Below are positions 31,156 to 39,690 of a DNA stretch of 64,000 nucleotides, piece after piece. This stretch comes from Methanocellales archaeon (GTDB lineage: Archaea; Halobacteriota; UBA148; JAUWXC01), in contig JAUWQV010000002.1 in the NCBI GenBank assembly GCA_030610945.1, positions 156,633-220,632 of the forward strand. Reading direction: 5' to 3'. How positions within the stretch are numbered: the first letter of the stretch is position 1; each line of letters opens with the position of its first letter. A model generated the notes under the pieces. It saw nothing but the letters and a program-made list of their open reading frames with translations. It did not search any database and was not told the DNA's origin. The position numbers and the translations under genes are program-made.

Positions 31156-32079
31156 ATGGACAAGAACATGATAATATTATCCGGTGGAACTGGAACTCCA
31201 AAATTGTTGGGCGGCTTAAAAAAGATAGTCCCAGAAGAAAACATAGCTGTGATCGTAAACACCGCTGAGGATAGGTGGGTTTCCAGCAACCTGGTTTGCC
31301 CTGATATCGACACCGTTTTATATACATTCGCAGACTTGATCGACGAGAGAAAATGGTGGGGCGTCAGAGACGATACCTTTTACACGCATGAGATTCTGAA
31401 GGCATTGGGACATCATGAGCCGATGATGCTCGGAGACCAAGATAGAGCGACGCACATCCTTCGTTCTGAGCTAATCCGAGATGGTCTCACACTGACTCGA
31501 TCCACAGACGAGCTGAGATCATCGTTTATGATTAAAGCCAAGATATTGCCGATGACGAATGACCCTGTAGCAACGATGGTTGATACACCTAACGGCGAGA
31601 TGCACTTTCAGGATTTTTGGATTGCACATAAAGGAGAGCCGAAGGTATTGGATGTCAGATTTGATGGCATTGATGCAGCCAAACCCACACCGGAGGTGAT
31701 GAATGCGCTAAGCTCTGAGGATACCATCGTCATCGGTCCCTCCAATCCGATTACAAGCATCAGTCCGATTTTGGGGTTGAAAGGAGTTATTCCCATACTA
31801 CAAAAAAAGCACGTGATTGCTGTATCCCCCATTATCGGAAATAAACCAATAAGCGGTCCTGCAGGGAAATTGATGCGCGCTAAAGGCTATGAGGTTTCGT
31901 CAGCTGGCGTTGCACAGTGTTATGAAGATTTTTTGGATGTGCTGGTGGTTGACCGGGGGGATAATTGTGTTATTCCAAACATCGAGGTAGTAAAAACAAA
32001 CACGATTATGAGCTCTGTGGAGAGAAGCATGGAGCTGGCAAGGTTTATCGTTGGATTAGTGCAAAGTCCCAAAAGATAA
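31156..32079 (+). CDS. cofD: 2-Phospho-L-lactate transferase (F420 biosynthesis)
   Basis: The 307-aa ORF is colinear with methanogen CofD (LSGGTGTPKLL, VNTAEDRWVS, PDIDTVLYTFADL, GPSNPITSI, SPIIGNKPISGPAGKLM). Confidence 0.92.
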   Translation: MDKNMIILSGGTGTPKLLGGLKKIVPEENIAVIVNTAEDRWVSSNLVCPDIDTVLYTFADLIDERKWWGVRDDTFYTHEILKALGHHEPMMLGDQDRATHILRSELIRDGLTLTRSTDELRSSFMIKAKILPMTNDPVATMVDTPNGEMHFQDFWIAHKGEPKVLDVRFDGIDAAKPTPEVMNALSSEDTIVIGPSNPITSISPILGLKGVIPILQKKHVIAVSPIIGNKPISGPAGKLMRAKGYEVSSAGVAQCYEDFLDVLVVDRGDNCVIPNIEVVKTNTIMSSVERSMELARFIVGLVQSPKR

Positions 32080-32083
32080 CTCA

Positions 32084-32128
32084 ATTTGTGGTAATTAACC
32101 AAAATATTTATGTATTTGTGGTAATTAA
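32084..32128. repeat. Two 15-bp direct repeats ATTTGTGGTAATTAA upstream of the Fic gene
   Basis: Perfect copies lie at 32084-32098 and 32114-32128, 30 bp apart. They end 9 nt before the ATG at 32137. Confidence 0.6.
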
Positions 32129-32136
32129 TTATTATC

Positions 32137-33060
32137 ATGGCATACCTAAAAAGGGTAAAGATAAAAGGTAGGGAGTATTGGTATTTCTTCCACACAGTCA
32201 GAGTAGGCAACAAATTCTTAAAAAAGAGTAGATACATAGGTAAAGAATTGCCAAGTGAGGTAGAATTAGATAAAATAAAAAAGGATTTTTTACGAGAGTT
32301 AACTACCACAAAATCCAAGTATCTATCTCTCGAGGACGTTCAAAGGCTAGAGAGCATCAAAAAGAATTTTAACAGGAATTACTCACAGTTCTCCAAATCT
32401 GAAAAAGAGAAGTACATGAGGAATTTTTTAGTGAAATTCACATATAATACGAACGCCATAGAGGGCAGTACGTTAACACTGAAAGATACCTCTCTGATTT
32501 TAGTAGATGGAATCACGCCGAAAGGAAAAATGATTGAGGAAATCCTCGAGGCTCAGAACATGGAGAGATGCTTTGATCTGATGCTCAATTACAAAAAAAA
32601 CATCAGCCTCAAATTCATTCTAAGATTGCATAAAACCCTGATGACAAGGATAGATGATGAGATTGCTGGAACCATCAGAAAGATGGATGTTGCGATCTAT
32701 GGTTCAGAGTTTAAACCTCCAAGTTATGCTGTGTTAGATTATGAACTAGAGGAAATTTTCAGATGGCATGAGAAAGCAAGAAAAACTCTGCATCCCTTAG
32801 AATTGGCATCTCTAGTCCATCTAAAATTTGTGACGATACACCCCTTTGTGGACGGAAATGGTAGAATCTCACGTCTTTTGATGAATTTCATGCTGAAAAA
32901 ACACGATTTTCCAATGCTCAATGTCAGATACAGAGATAGGGAAGATTATTATGATTCATTGGAAAGATGTCAGATAAAGGAAATAGAAAAGCCGTTCATC
33001 GACTACATCAAGAAGGAGTATTTCAGAGCATATGGAGAATTTGAAAAGAGGGGGAAGTGA
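32137..33060 (+). CDS. Fic/DOC-family protein (AMPylase-type)
   Basis: The ORF is 307 aa with the canonical Fic motif HPFVDGNGRISR. The gene is AT-rich relative to its flanks. Confidence 0.9.
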   Translation: MAYLKRVKIKGREYWYFFHTVRVGNKFLKKSRYIGKELPSEVELDKIKKDFLRELTTTKSKYLSLEDVQRLESIKKNFNRNYSQFSKSEKEKYMRNFLVKFTYNTNAIEGSTLTLKDTSLILVDGITPKGKMIEEILEAQNMERCFDLMLNYKKNISLKFILRLHKTLMTRIDDEIAGTIRKMDVAIYGSEFKPPSYAVLDYELEEIFRWHEKARKTLHPLELASLVHLKFVTIHPFVDGNGRISRLLMNFMLKKHDFPMLNVRYRDREDYYDSLERCQIKEIEKPFIDYIKKEYFRAYGEFEKRGK

Positions 33061-33107
33061 GGTCAGGCAAGATTTATCGTTGAACTGGCCAAGTATTAAT
33101 TGGGAAA

Positions 33108-34208
33108 ATGAGGCGCACTGGCACTACAACTCTCCCTCTGCATGGAGGAAGAGCTCCGAGATGGTTGTTTGAACGAATGGTCAAGTTAGCTGGTGGCATC
33201 ACTAAAGTCCTGGTTTATGAATATGGCCAGGAGGAGTTTTTAAGGAGGGTCGCGGACCCCTATTGGTTTCAGGCATTTTCTTGCGTTCTTGGTTTTGACT
33301 GGCACTCTTCGGGCACGACTACCACGACATGCGGCGCCCTAAAAATGGCGATTGACCCCGGAGAACTTGGCATTAAGGTCGCAGGCGGCAAGGGCAGGGC
33401 ATCAAGGAGGACGCTGGGCGAGATAGAGAAGACAGCCGATACATTCTCCCTGTCCACGGACAATGTTGAGAGATTGAAGCATGCAAGCAGGCTATCCGCC
33501 AAGGTGGACAATAATTGCGTTCAGGATGGATACCAGCTCTACCATCATTCCTTCATTTTTACCGAGAAAGGCGACTGGGTGGTTGTGCAGCAGGGTATGA
33601 GCGAGTCCTATGCACGACGGTATCACTGGTTATCTGACAGGGTTGAGAGCTTTGTAGAAGAGCCCCATACCGGAATATGCTCTGATAAAATAGAAAAAGT
33701 AGTCCTAGATTTAACCTCCAGAGACAGCAGGGAAACAAGGGAGGGCAGTCTCGAGCTGATTAGGAGCGAAAAGGACTTGAAAGAGTATCTCCGGCCCGCA
33801 AAACAGAAACTGCTGACCGATTTTGAGGCTGAGGGATTCTCCATGCCTGCTCATCATCCCATACTGGACATCGACATCACCAAGCAGGGAATGAGGGTGC
33901 TGCAGAAGGCATATGAAATACAGCCAGAGAACTACGAGGAATTAGTATCATTGAAGGGAATGGGGCCGAAGAAAATAAGAGCATTAGCCCTGATTTCTGA
34001 TTTAGTGTACGGTACACAGCCGAGCTGGAAGGACCCTGTAAAATACAGCTTTACCCATGGAGGTAAGGATGGACATCCTTATCCAGTTGATAGAGCAGTA
34101 TACGACAGTTCGATTCAAACGTTAGAGGATGCGATAGAAAACGCCAAACTCGACAGGAAAGACAAGTATTATGCCATCAAGAGGCTAAAGGACTTTTGTG
34201 TTGTGTGA
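33108..34208 (+). CDS. DUF763-family protein
   Basis: The ORF is 366 aa with the N-terminus LPLHGGRAPRWLFERM...DPYWFQAFSCVLGFDWHSSGTTTT, characteristic of DUF763. Confidence 0.8.
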   Translation: MRRTGTTTLPLHGGRAPRWLFERMVKLAGGITKVLVYEYGQEEFLRRVADPYWFQAFSCVLGFDWHSSGTTTTTCGALKMAIDPGELGIKVAGGKGRASRRTLGEIEKTADTFSLSTDNVERLKHASRLSAKVDNNCVQDGYQLYHHSFIFTEKGDWVVVQQGMSESYARRYHWLSDRVESFVEEPHTGICSDKIEKVVLDLTSRDSRETREGSLELIRSEKDLKEYLRPAKQKLLTDFEAEGFSMPAHHPILDIDITKQGMRVLQKAYEIQPENYEELVSLKGMGPKKIRALALISDLVYGTQPSWKDPVKYSFTHGGKDGHPYPVDRAVYDSSIQTLEDAIENAKLDRKDKYYAIKRLKDFCVV

Positions 34209-34873
34209 TGCTGATTGGTCTTATCGCAGACATACATTCAAATCTGCCTGCACTTAGCGCCATCTTGGAGCACATGGATGTCGACAAGATTTTATGCGCT
34301 GGCGATATCGTCGGCTATTATCCCTATCCCAATGAAGTCATCGAAATTATGAGGAAATGTAAAATCGTCTCGATTAAGGGGAACCATGATACGGCGGTAA
34401 TCACCGGCGATACGAGCTGGTTTAATCCGCTTGCCGCATCTGCGATAGAATGGACGCGCAACAATATCTCTCCCGAAGACATGATGTTCCTGAAAACGCT
34501 TCCAGAGAAACTCACTTTTGAAGATATCGCCATTTTTCATGGCAGTCCTGTTGACCCAGATGAATACGTGTATCCTATGACGTTGCCTGCGCGGCTCGTA
34601 GGATTTTTAGACCAAGTAGGCAAGAAAATTCTTGTTCTGGGCCACACTCATGTCCAGTGGAGTCTTGAACTTGATGATAGAAAGATTATCAATCCAGGGG
34701 CAGTAGGTCAGCCCAGAGATGGAAATCCCAAAGCGGCATATGCCATCTATAATACAGAGTCGGAGGAGTTAACAATGCGCAGAACCGAGTACGACATCGA
34801 AGAGGTCGCGTCCAAGACCATTGACGCAGGGTTACCACCATATCTGGCGCAACGCCTATCTATTGGAGTATAA
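34208..34873 (+). CDS. Metallophosphoesterase (YfcE/MJ0936 family)
   Basis: The ATG at 34208 overlaps the upstream TGA (TGATG). Motifs are IADIHSN, AGDIVGY, GNHD and GHTH. Confidence 0.85.
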   Translation: MLIGLIADIHSNLPALSAILEHMDVDKILCAGDIVGYYPYPNEVIEIMRKCKIVSIKGNHDTAVITGDTSWFNPLAASAIEWTRNNISPEDMMFLKTLPEKLTFEDIAIFHGSPVDPDEYVYPMTLPARLVGFLDQVGKKILVLGHTHVQWSLELDDRKIINPGAVGQPRDGNPKAAYAIYNTESEELTMRRTEYDIEEVASKTIDAGLPPYLAQRLSIGV

Positions 34874-34887
34874 CTGCTTATGTAGAG

Positions 34888-35736
34888 GTGTTCATGAATC
34901 CGAAACACATCACAAGGTGCGCCCAACTTGCCATGATGTTGGAAGTTTCCGCCACGCCAAAACCGGGCAACGTTGATAAGGACCATGATTTTCCTGATAT
35001 CACATATGGTCATTTTTTGGCATCTGCAATCGGCGTTGAGCCTGTGTTTGAGAAGGCTGCTATGAGCAATGTAGGGGCAGGGACATTGATTAGGGAGGCT
35101 ATCGAAGTGAGCGCGAGATGGAACGGGGGTAAAAACACGCATTTTGGCACATTTCTCTTGTTAATGCCGTTGACCATGGCAGCCGGCAAAGGAGATGTTC
35201 ATCAGGCAAACGAAATCGTGCAAAAAACTACGGTCGAAGATGCAGTTGAATTTTATAAAGCATTCAAATGCATTGATGTGTATTTAGAGGATGTTGACGA
35301 TTTGAGCGTTAATGATGCGAAATCAATTGATGAGATTGAGAGGAGAGGGTTGACACTGTACGATATCATGAAAATGTCTGCAGGGCAGGACGAAATCGCA
35401 CAGGAATGGGTGCGTGGTTTTCCAAGGACATTCGCTGGTGCCAGGATGTTAGCGGAAAAGGTAAAAGAGATGGGCATTAACGATGCCATTGTGCATAGTT
35501 ATCTGACACTACTTGCAGAGCAGCCTGACACCCTGGTTCAGAAGAAGTTCGGCTCGTCAGTAGCAGAAGAGGTTAGCAGAAAGGCATCCGCAGTGCTGAA
35601 AGAGTGGAGCATCGATGCCGTACGTTTATTTGACGATGAATTGATTCGCAGGAGAATAAATCCGGGCACAACAGCAGATATAACAGCAGCCGCCCTGTTC
35701 ATACATCTTCTGGAGGAATATGATGAAACTGCGTGA
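34888..35736 (+). CDS. Triphosphoribosyl-dephospho-CoA synthase-like protein (CitG/MdcB family)
   Basis: The ORF is 282 aa with PKPGNVDKDHDF and NPGTTADITAA motifs. Confidence 0.8.
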   Translation: MFMNPKHITRCAQLAMMLEVSATPKPGNVDKDHDFPDITYGHFLASAIGVEPVFEKAAMSNVGAGTLIREAIEVSARWNGGKNTHFGTFLLLMPLTMAAGKGDVHQANEIVQKTTVEDAVEFYKAFKCIDVYLEDVDDLSVNDAKSIDEIERRGLTLYDIMKMSAGQDEIAQEWVRGFPRTFAGARMLAEKVKEMGINDAIVHSYLTLLAEQPDTLVQKKFGSSVAEEVSRKASAVLKEWSIDAVRLFDDELIRRRINPGTTADITAAALFIHLLEEYDETA

Positions 35737-36301
35737 TTTTGGCATCCATGAAGGCATATCAGAGGTCATTGCCACCACAATATCATCAACTGGAAAGCCA
35801 AACGCTGCGCCGATTGGCATTATATCTGATGGAAAGATGTATGCCATAATTTATCCCAATACGCACACTTACTCAAACATTAAGGCAACAAAAAAACTTG
35901 TTGCAAATATCGTAAGCGACGCCTTGTTGTTCGTGTTATCCGCGTTAGGAGATTTAGACGAGAAGGAGTTTTATACAGTCGATGAAATGCCAGCATTGAG
36001 ATATGCAGATGCCTGGGTGCTATTTGAATGCGAGAAAGATGGACAAGATGATACTCTGATACATTTACATCCCACAAAGGGCAAAATCCTTCGAAAGAGA
36101 GTGCGGGCAATCAACAGGGGCACCAATGCCGTAATCGAGGCAACGATACACGCTACGCGCTATCTGGCTACGAAAGACGAAAAGTATCTAGAGTGGATTG
36201 CACATTACGAGGAAATCGTGAAAAAATGCGGTGGCGCGCGCGAGAAAGAGGCGATGAAAAAGTTGAAGGAGTTCTTGAGGGGTAGGTATGAAGAATCGTG
36301 A
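35720..36301 (+). CDS. DUF447-family (FMN-binding split-barrel-like) protein
   Basis: The 193-aa ORF overlaps the citG-like gene. Its N-terminus GISEVIATTISSTGKPNAAPIGI is typical of DUF447. Confidence 0.8.
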   Translation: MMKLRDFGIHEGISEVIATTISSTGKPNAAPIGIISDGKMYAIIYPNTHTYSNIKATKKLVANIVSDALLFVLSALGDLDEKEFYTVDEMPALRYADAWVLFECEKDGQDDTLIHLHPTKGKILRKRVRAINRGTNAVIEATIHATRYLATKDEKYLEWIAHYEEIVKKCGGAREKEAMKKLKEFLRGRYEES

Positions 36302-36310
36302 TTCGTGTCA

Positions 36311-36577
36311 TTACTTCTTATAGATTTTATCGTGATGATTGTAATCCTCTATAATCACCAATTTCTTGGACTCACCAACGGAAAATACCAATACAAAACT
36401 CTTGTCTATATGAACCCGTTTTAAGTGCTGAAGAGGTCTTCTTAAATTTTTGTAATGGTGTGGGTTTGTTCTTATTTCTTGAATCTTTTCATAAATGGTT
36501 TCTAACTGCTTTGGATTCTCTTTAGCAAGCTTAAAGAAAATCTTCTCTACAGATTTTCTTAATTCAACATCGTACAT
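36311..36577 (-). CDS. RelE/ParE-superfamily type II toxin
   Basis: The ORF is 88 aa with a pattern like that of archaeal RelE/YafQ-like toxins (NPHHYKNLRRPLQHLKRVHIDKSFVLVF). It starts 1 nt after the stop of the upstream small gene. Confidence 0.75.
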   Translation of the reverse strand: MYDVELRKSVEKIFFKLAKENPKQLETIYEKIQEIRTNPHHYKNLRRPLQHLKRVHIDKSFVLVFSVGESKKLVIIEDYNHHDKIYKK

Positions 36578-36578
36578 T

Positions 36579-36824
36579 CTATTCTAATCCAAAATGCTTT
36601 CTAAAATCCTTTACGATAACAGTAGGTTCCCTCTCCCTACTCCTCATTTTTTCTATGAACTCCGGTCTAAGTTCTGGTTCTAAAAATTCTTGTTCGTATT
36701 CGTCGATTATTAATCTTAGTGCCTCTGACTTATTTCTTAAACCGAACTTTCCTTTAACGATATTCACGATTCTGTCCTCATACTCACTTAGATCTACAAT
36801 TGCTTTGACCATGACAACCGCCAA
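36579..36824 (-). CDS. Cognate antitoxin candidate (DUF2683-like)
   Basis: The ORF is 81 aa and contains VDLSEYEDRIVNIVKGKFGLRNKSEALRLII. It sits immediately upstream of the toxin. Confidence 0.65.
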   Translation of the reverse strand: MAVVMVKAIVDLSEYEDRIVNIVKGKFGLRNKSEALRLIIDEYEQEFLEPELRPEFIEKMRSREREPTVIVKDFRKHFGLE

Positions 36825-36921
36825 TTATGTTTTATTACCACTTATGATGTTTTACTATAGAGTATAATATTATGTTATTTAAATTCTTCTTAGAGAAGTG
36901 CAATTGTGGATAACGTTCCCA

Positions 36922-37080
36922 GTGTATGCGAAGTTGCCCATAAAGGTAATTTGGGCGAGGGCGTCAGCCCGAACCGCATACACCGTGTTATACGCACCCG
37001 ATAGGAACGAGGGAGCGACAACGACCGAAGAGTCGTGGGCAAAAAGCCCGTTCCCTTTATGTTCATGTGGTATATGCACG
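36922..37080. ncRNA. Candidate structured RNA of unknown class (two nested three-way junctions)
   Basis: This non-coding patch is G+C-rich inside an AT-rich islet.
- Stem 36922-30/36975-83 (9 bp) encloses hairpins 36934-40/36952-58 and 36959-62/36967-70.
- Stem 37004-08/37050-54 encloses hairpins 37021-25/37032-36 and 37037-40/37046-49.
- An outer helix forms between 36984-97 and 37067-80.
The strand is undetermined. Confidence 0.35.
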
Positions 37081-37092
37081 CCCTACCTTTAC

Positions 37093-37683
37093 TCAACTTA
37101 CAAACTGGATAATGCCATCGATACATTTTTGTTTGTCTTTTTTCCATTCAAATTCCCAAATGACAACTAACTCAACCCCCATCTCTTTGAAATATTCTTT
37201 TCTTTCCTCCTCTTCATTTGCTCGATGCCAATGCTCGCCAAATAGGTCGATGCATTTATTTGTTCCTTCAACAATAAAATCTGGATTTTTTCTACCAACA
37301 AAGAGGGAAAAATCCCCGGTATATCTTAAATTTGGAATGTAACCAATCATCGTTTGGAAAAAATCCAATTCCAATTTATTTGGCTTCAGGTTGAGAGAGG
37401 CTTTCATTTTCTCCTGGTATTCTTTATCTTCCCATCTCTTTTTGATCATTTTTATTTTAATATTTGGTTTAAAATAAACTTTATTTACTGCAAAAGTCAG
37501 TTTGCATTCTTGACAACTGATTAAAAAAGGCGGTTTCTTCTGTTTAAAGTAAAGGTCATAAATATCATAATACGCTTTGCATATTGGGCATCTTACCTGC
37601 ATTCTTCTATTTCCAATATCCAAGTATGCAATTCGTTCTATTACCTTTTTTCCCATGAAATCACCAACTAGGATAGTTGTCAA
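37093..37683 (-). CDS. Zn-ribbon protein with a C-terminal Vsr/DUF559-like (PD-(D/E)XK-type) nuclease domain
   Basis: The ORF is 196 aa. The N-terminal ribbon is CPICK...CQEC. The C-terminal NPDFIVEGTNKCIDLFGEHWH...VVIWEFEW matches the Vsr-type endonuclease core pattern. Confidence 0.6.
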   Translation of the reverse strand: MTTILVGDFMGKKVIERIAYLDIGNRRMQVRCPICKAYYDIYDLYFKQKKPPFLISCQECKLTFAVNKVYFKPNIKIKMIKKRWEDKEYQEKMKASLNLKPNKLELDFFQTMIGYIPNLRYTGDFSLFVGRKNPDFIVEGTNKCIDLFGEHWHRANEEEERKEYFKEMGVELVVIWEFEWKKDKQKCIDGIIQFVS

Positions 37684-37745
37684 TATATATAATTTTGTCC
37701 TCTTTAAGTCGCTTCACTCCCTCCTTTAAAATCGCCTGCCATCAG

Positions 37746-38699
37746 TCAATCTATTTCACTTAATGTCTTTTTCACAAAATCAGGCTCATAAATAATATCA
37801 AGCTTATCTATCCTTTTGAACAAATTTTTTAATCCTTCATCATACTTTTTATCCGATTGAATGTACTCTTTAAACCATTTCTTTATCATTATCTCAACTT
37901 GATCTACATCTACAAAATATCCCGTGGGTACTAAAACTCCTCCAAACTCTTCAAATATGCCTTTAGAAATTTTCGACGGCTTTCCAATACTGATTAATAA
38001 CTCATTTGCAATAAAATCGGGCACGATTTTATCCGCGATAATATCCCATAACCCGTTTTCCTCAATCCAATCAAGATTAAAGGAGTCATTAGTGTTTATG
38101 TGAATTAACTCGTGAATAATACTATGAGTCACATCATCTCTATTGGGTTCTATCCATTTATCGCTGGGATTGATTAAAACAGAAATTACGTTAAAACCAG
38201 GGATAGTATGCCCTGTACCAACTTCAGAATCAAATAACCCTTCATAAAACCTCGCAATAAAAACTGTGACTGATTTTCTTTTCCATTTTGCCTTTGTAAG
38301 AGTTTGTATATTTTTAACAACCTCTCCAAAATCTATGTCTTCCAACACCAATTCCTTCATTCTAAGGAAACGATCTTTATCGATTCCCCAATCTGTATCA
38401 TAAGCCATCAATGCGTTTTTAAAATATTTGATATGGCTTTTGCCTACTTTTTCTTCGATTATCTCACAAATATACTGATCAGATGATATTTCATTGGCTA
38501 TGAGTAGCATACCTAGTAATTCCCAAAACAATTTTGTTTTTGCTTTGTTTCTGTGATAAGGCTTTGCTAATTCATGTACAACACCTTTATCGAATTGTTT
38601 TATATCAATTGACTGATTTGATGTTCCATGCCAAAGTCCCAAGGCAATATTTCCTATTGTTGCATATTTCGAGATTTTAATTTCAATATTTGGAAACAT
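37746..38699 (-). CDS. Hypothetical HExxH (zinc-metallopeptidase-motif) protein
   Basis: The 317-aa ORF is AT-rich with a single HELIH motif (SIIHELIHIN). I recognise no family. Confidence 0.5.
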   Translation of the reverse strand: MFPNIEIKISKYATIGNIALGLWHGTSNQSIDIKQFDKGVVHELAKPYHRNKAKTKLFWELLGMLLIANEISSDQYICEIIEEKVGKSHIKYFKNALMAYDTDWGIDKDRFLRMKELVLEDIDFGEVVKNIQTLTKAKWKRKSVTVFIARFYEGLFDSEVGTGHTIPGFNVISVLINPSDKWIEPNRDDVTHSIIHELIHINTNDSFNLDWIEENGLWDIIADKIVPDFIANELLISIGKPSKISKGIFEEFGGVLVPTGYFVDVDQVEIMIKKWFKEYIQSDKKYDEGLKNLFKRIDKLDIIYEPDFVKKTLSEID

Positions 38700-38940
38700 T
38701 CCCTACCCCCTATTATCTCAAGTTACTATCTATCATGTAGCTTGTTAAACATTCTTCCTCATATCCAAGCACCTTTTTATCACATTTTGGATGTGCATAT
38801 ACCTTTCTTTACCTTTTGCTCACGATTGCGTATAACAACATATCAACGCATTGCGTTAATACTGTTTAATTTAACAAAAAGGCGCATAAATTATCTTGGT
38901 TATGCTCATTTTATGGTACTCGTTTAAACTAAAACTTGAA

Positions 38941-39690
38941 ATGGATGCCATTAAGAAGGTTAAAAGTCATATTGAAGATTTACAGATTCTTGCGGGAGAG
39001 ATAAACATGAACATCGCATGGGGCATTACCGGCGCCGGGCATCTTTTGCAGGAAAGCTATGATGGTATGAGAGCGCTTGCGCAGAAACATCAAATCACGA
39101 CATTCGTGTCGGGCGCGGGCGAAGAAGTGCTGCGCATGTATGGTTTGCTCGACAAATTGAATGAAATATCCGGCGGAGAATATCTGCGCGAAATCATCTT
39201 CGAGAGCGAAGCGGGAGCGAGCGCGCCAAAAGCAGGGCGCTTTTTACTGAAGAAATATGATGCATTGATCGTATCGCCTGCAACATCTAACACGGTTGCC
39301 AAAATCGTGCACGGAATTGCAGATTCTCTTATCACGAATGCAGTTACCCAGGCCAACAAAAGTGGGACGCCGGTGTACGTAGTGCCAGTGGACCTAAGTG
39401 GCGAAGTAACATCGCCGCTCCCATATCATATAGACAGAGAGCTTTGCAAGAAGTGCGATGAATGTCCGCCGAAGGACAAGTGCCCTGAGCATGCAATCTC
39501 GGACCAGATTGACCTGTTAAAATGCACTGGGTGTGGCGTCTGCATTGACCTTTGCCCGCACGATGCCATCAAGGGAGGAAATGTGATGCTCAAGGTACGC
39601 GATATCGATGCACACAATGTAAAGACGTTACGCTCCATGAACAGTATCACTGTCTTAGACCATCCGAGCAAGATTCTAACGGTGCTTTGA
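38941..39690 (+). CDS. Archaeoflavoprotein (AfpA-like) fused to 2x[4Fe-4S] ferredoxin, DmrX-like dihydromethanopterin reductase
   Basis: The flavoprotein core shows IAWGITGAGH and SPATSNTVAKIVHGIADSL. The C-terminus has the Cys clusters CKKCDECPPKDKCP and CTGCGVCIDLCP. The start is uncertain, with candidates at 38896, 38941 and 39007. Confidence 0.75.
   Translation: MDAIKKVKSHIEDLQILAGEINMNIAWGITGAGHLLQESYDGMRALAQKHQITTFVSGAGEEVLRMYGLLDKLNEISGGEYLREIIFESEAGASAPKAGRFLLKKYDALIVSPATSNTVAKIVHGIADSLITNAVTQANKSGTPVYVVPVDLSGEVTSPLPYHIDRELCKKCDECPPKDKCPEHAISDQIDLLKCTGCGVCIDLCPHDAIKGGNVMLKVRDIDAHNVKTLRSMNSITVLDHPSKILTVL

Noticed and set aside
36922-37080. Group II intron domain V/VI remnant, or a group I intron carrying the Vsr-like endonuclease ORF
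   Set aside because: The sequence ...GTATGCGGTTC on the minus strand resembles the 3' half of domain V. However, I could not build the 34-nt domain V hairpin with its AGC triad, 2-nt bulge and GNRA loop. No GUGYG 5' end or RT/maturase ORF is present, and there is too little sequence upstream of the nuclease ORF for a group I core. It is kept only as an unclassified structured element.
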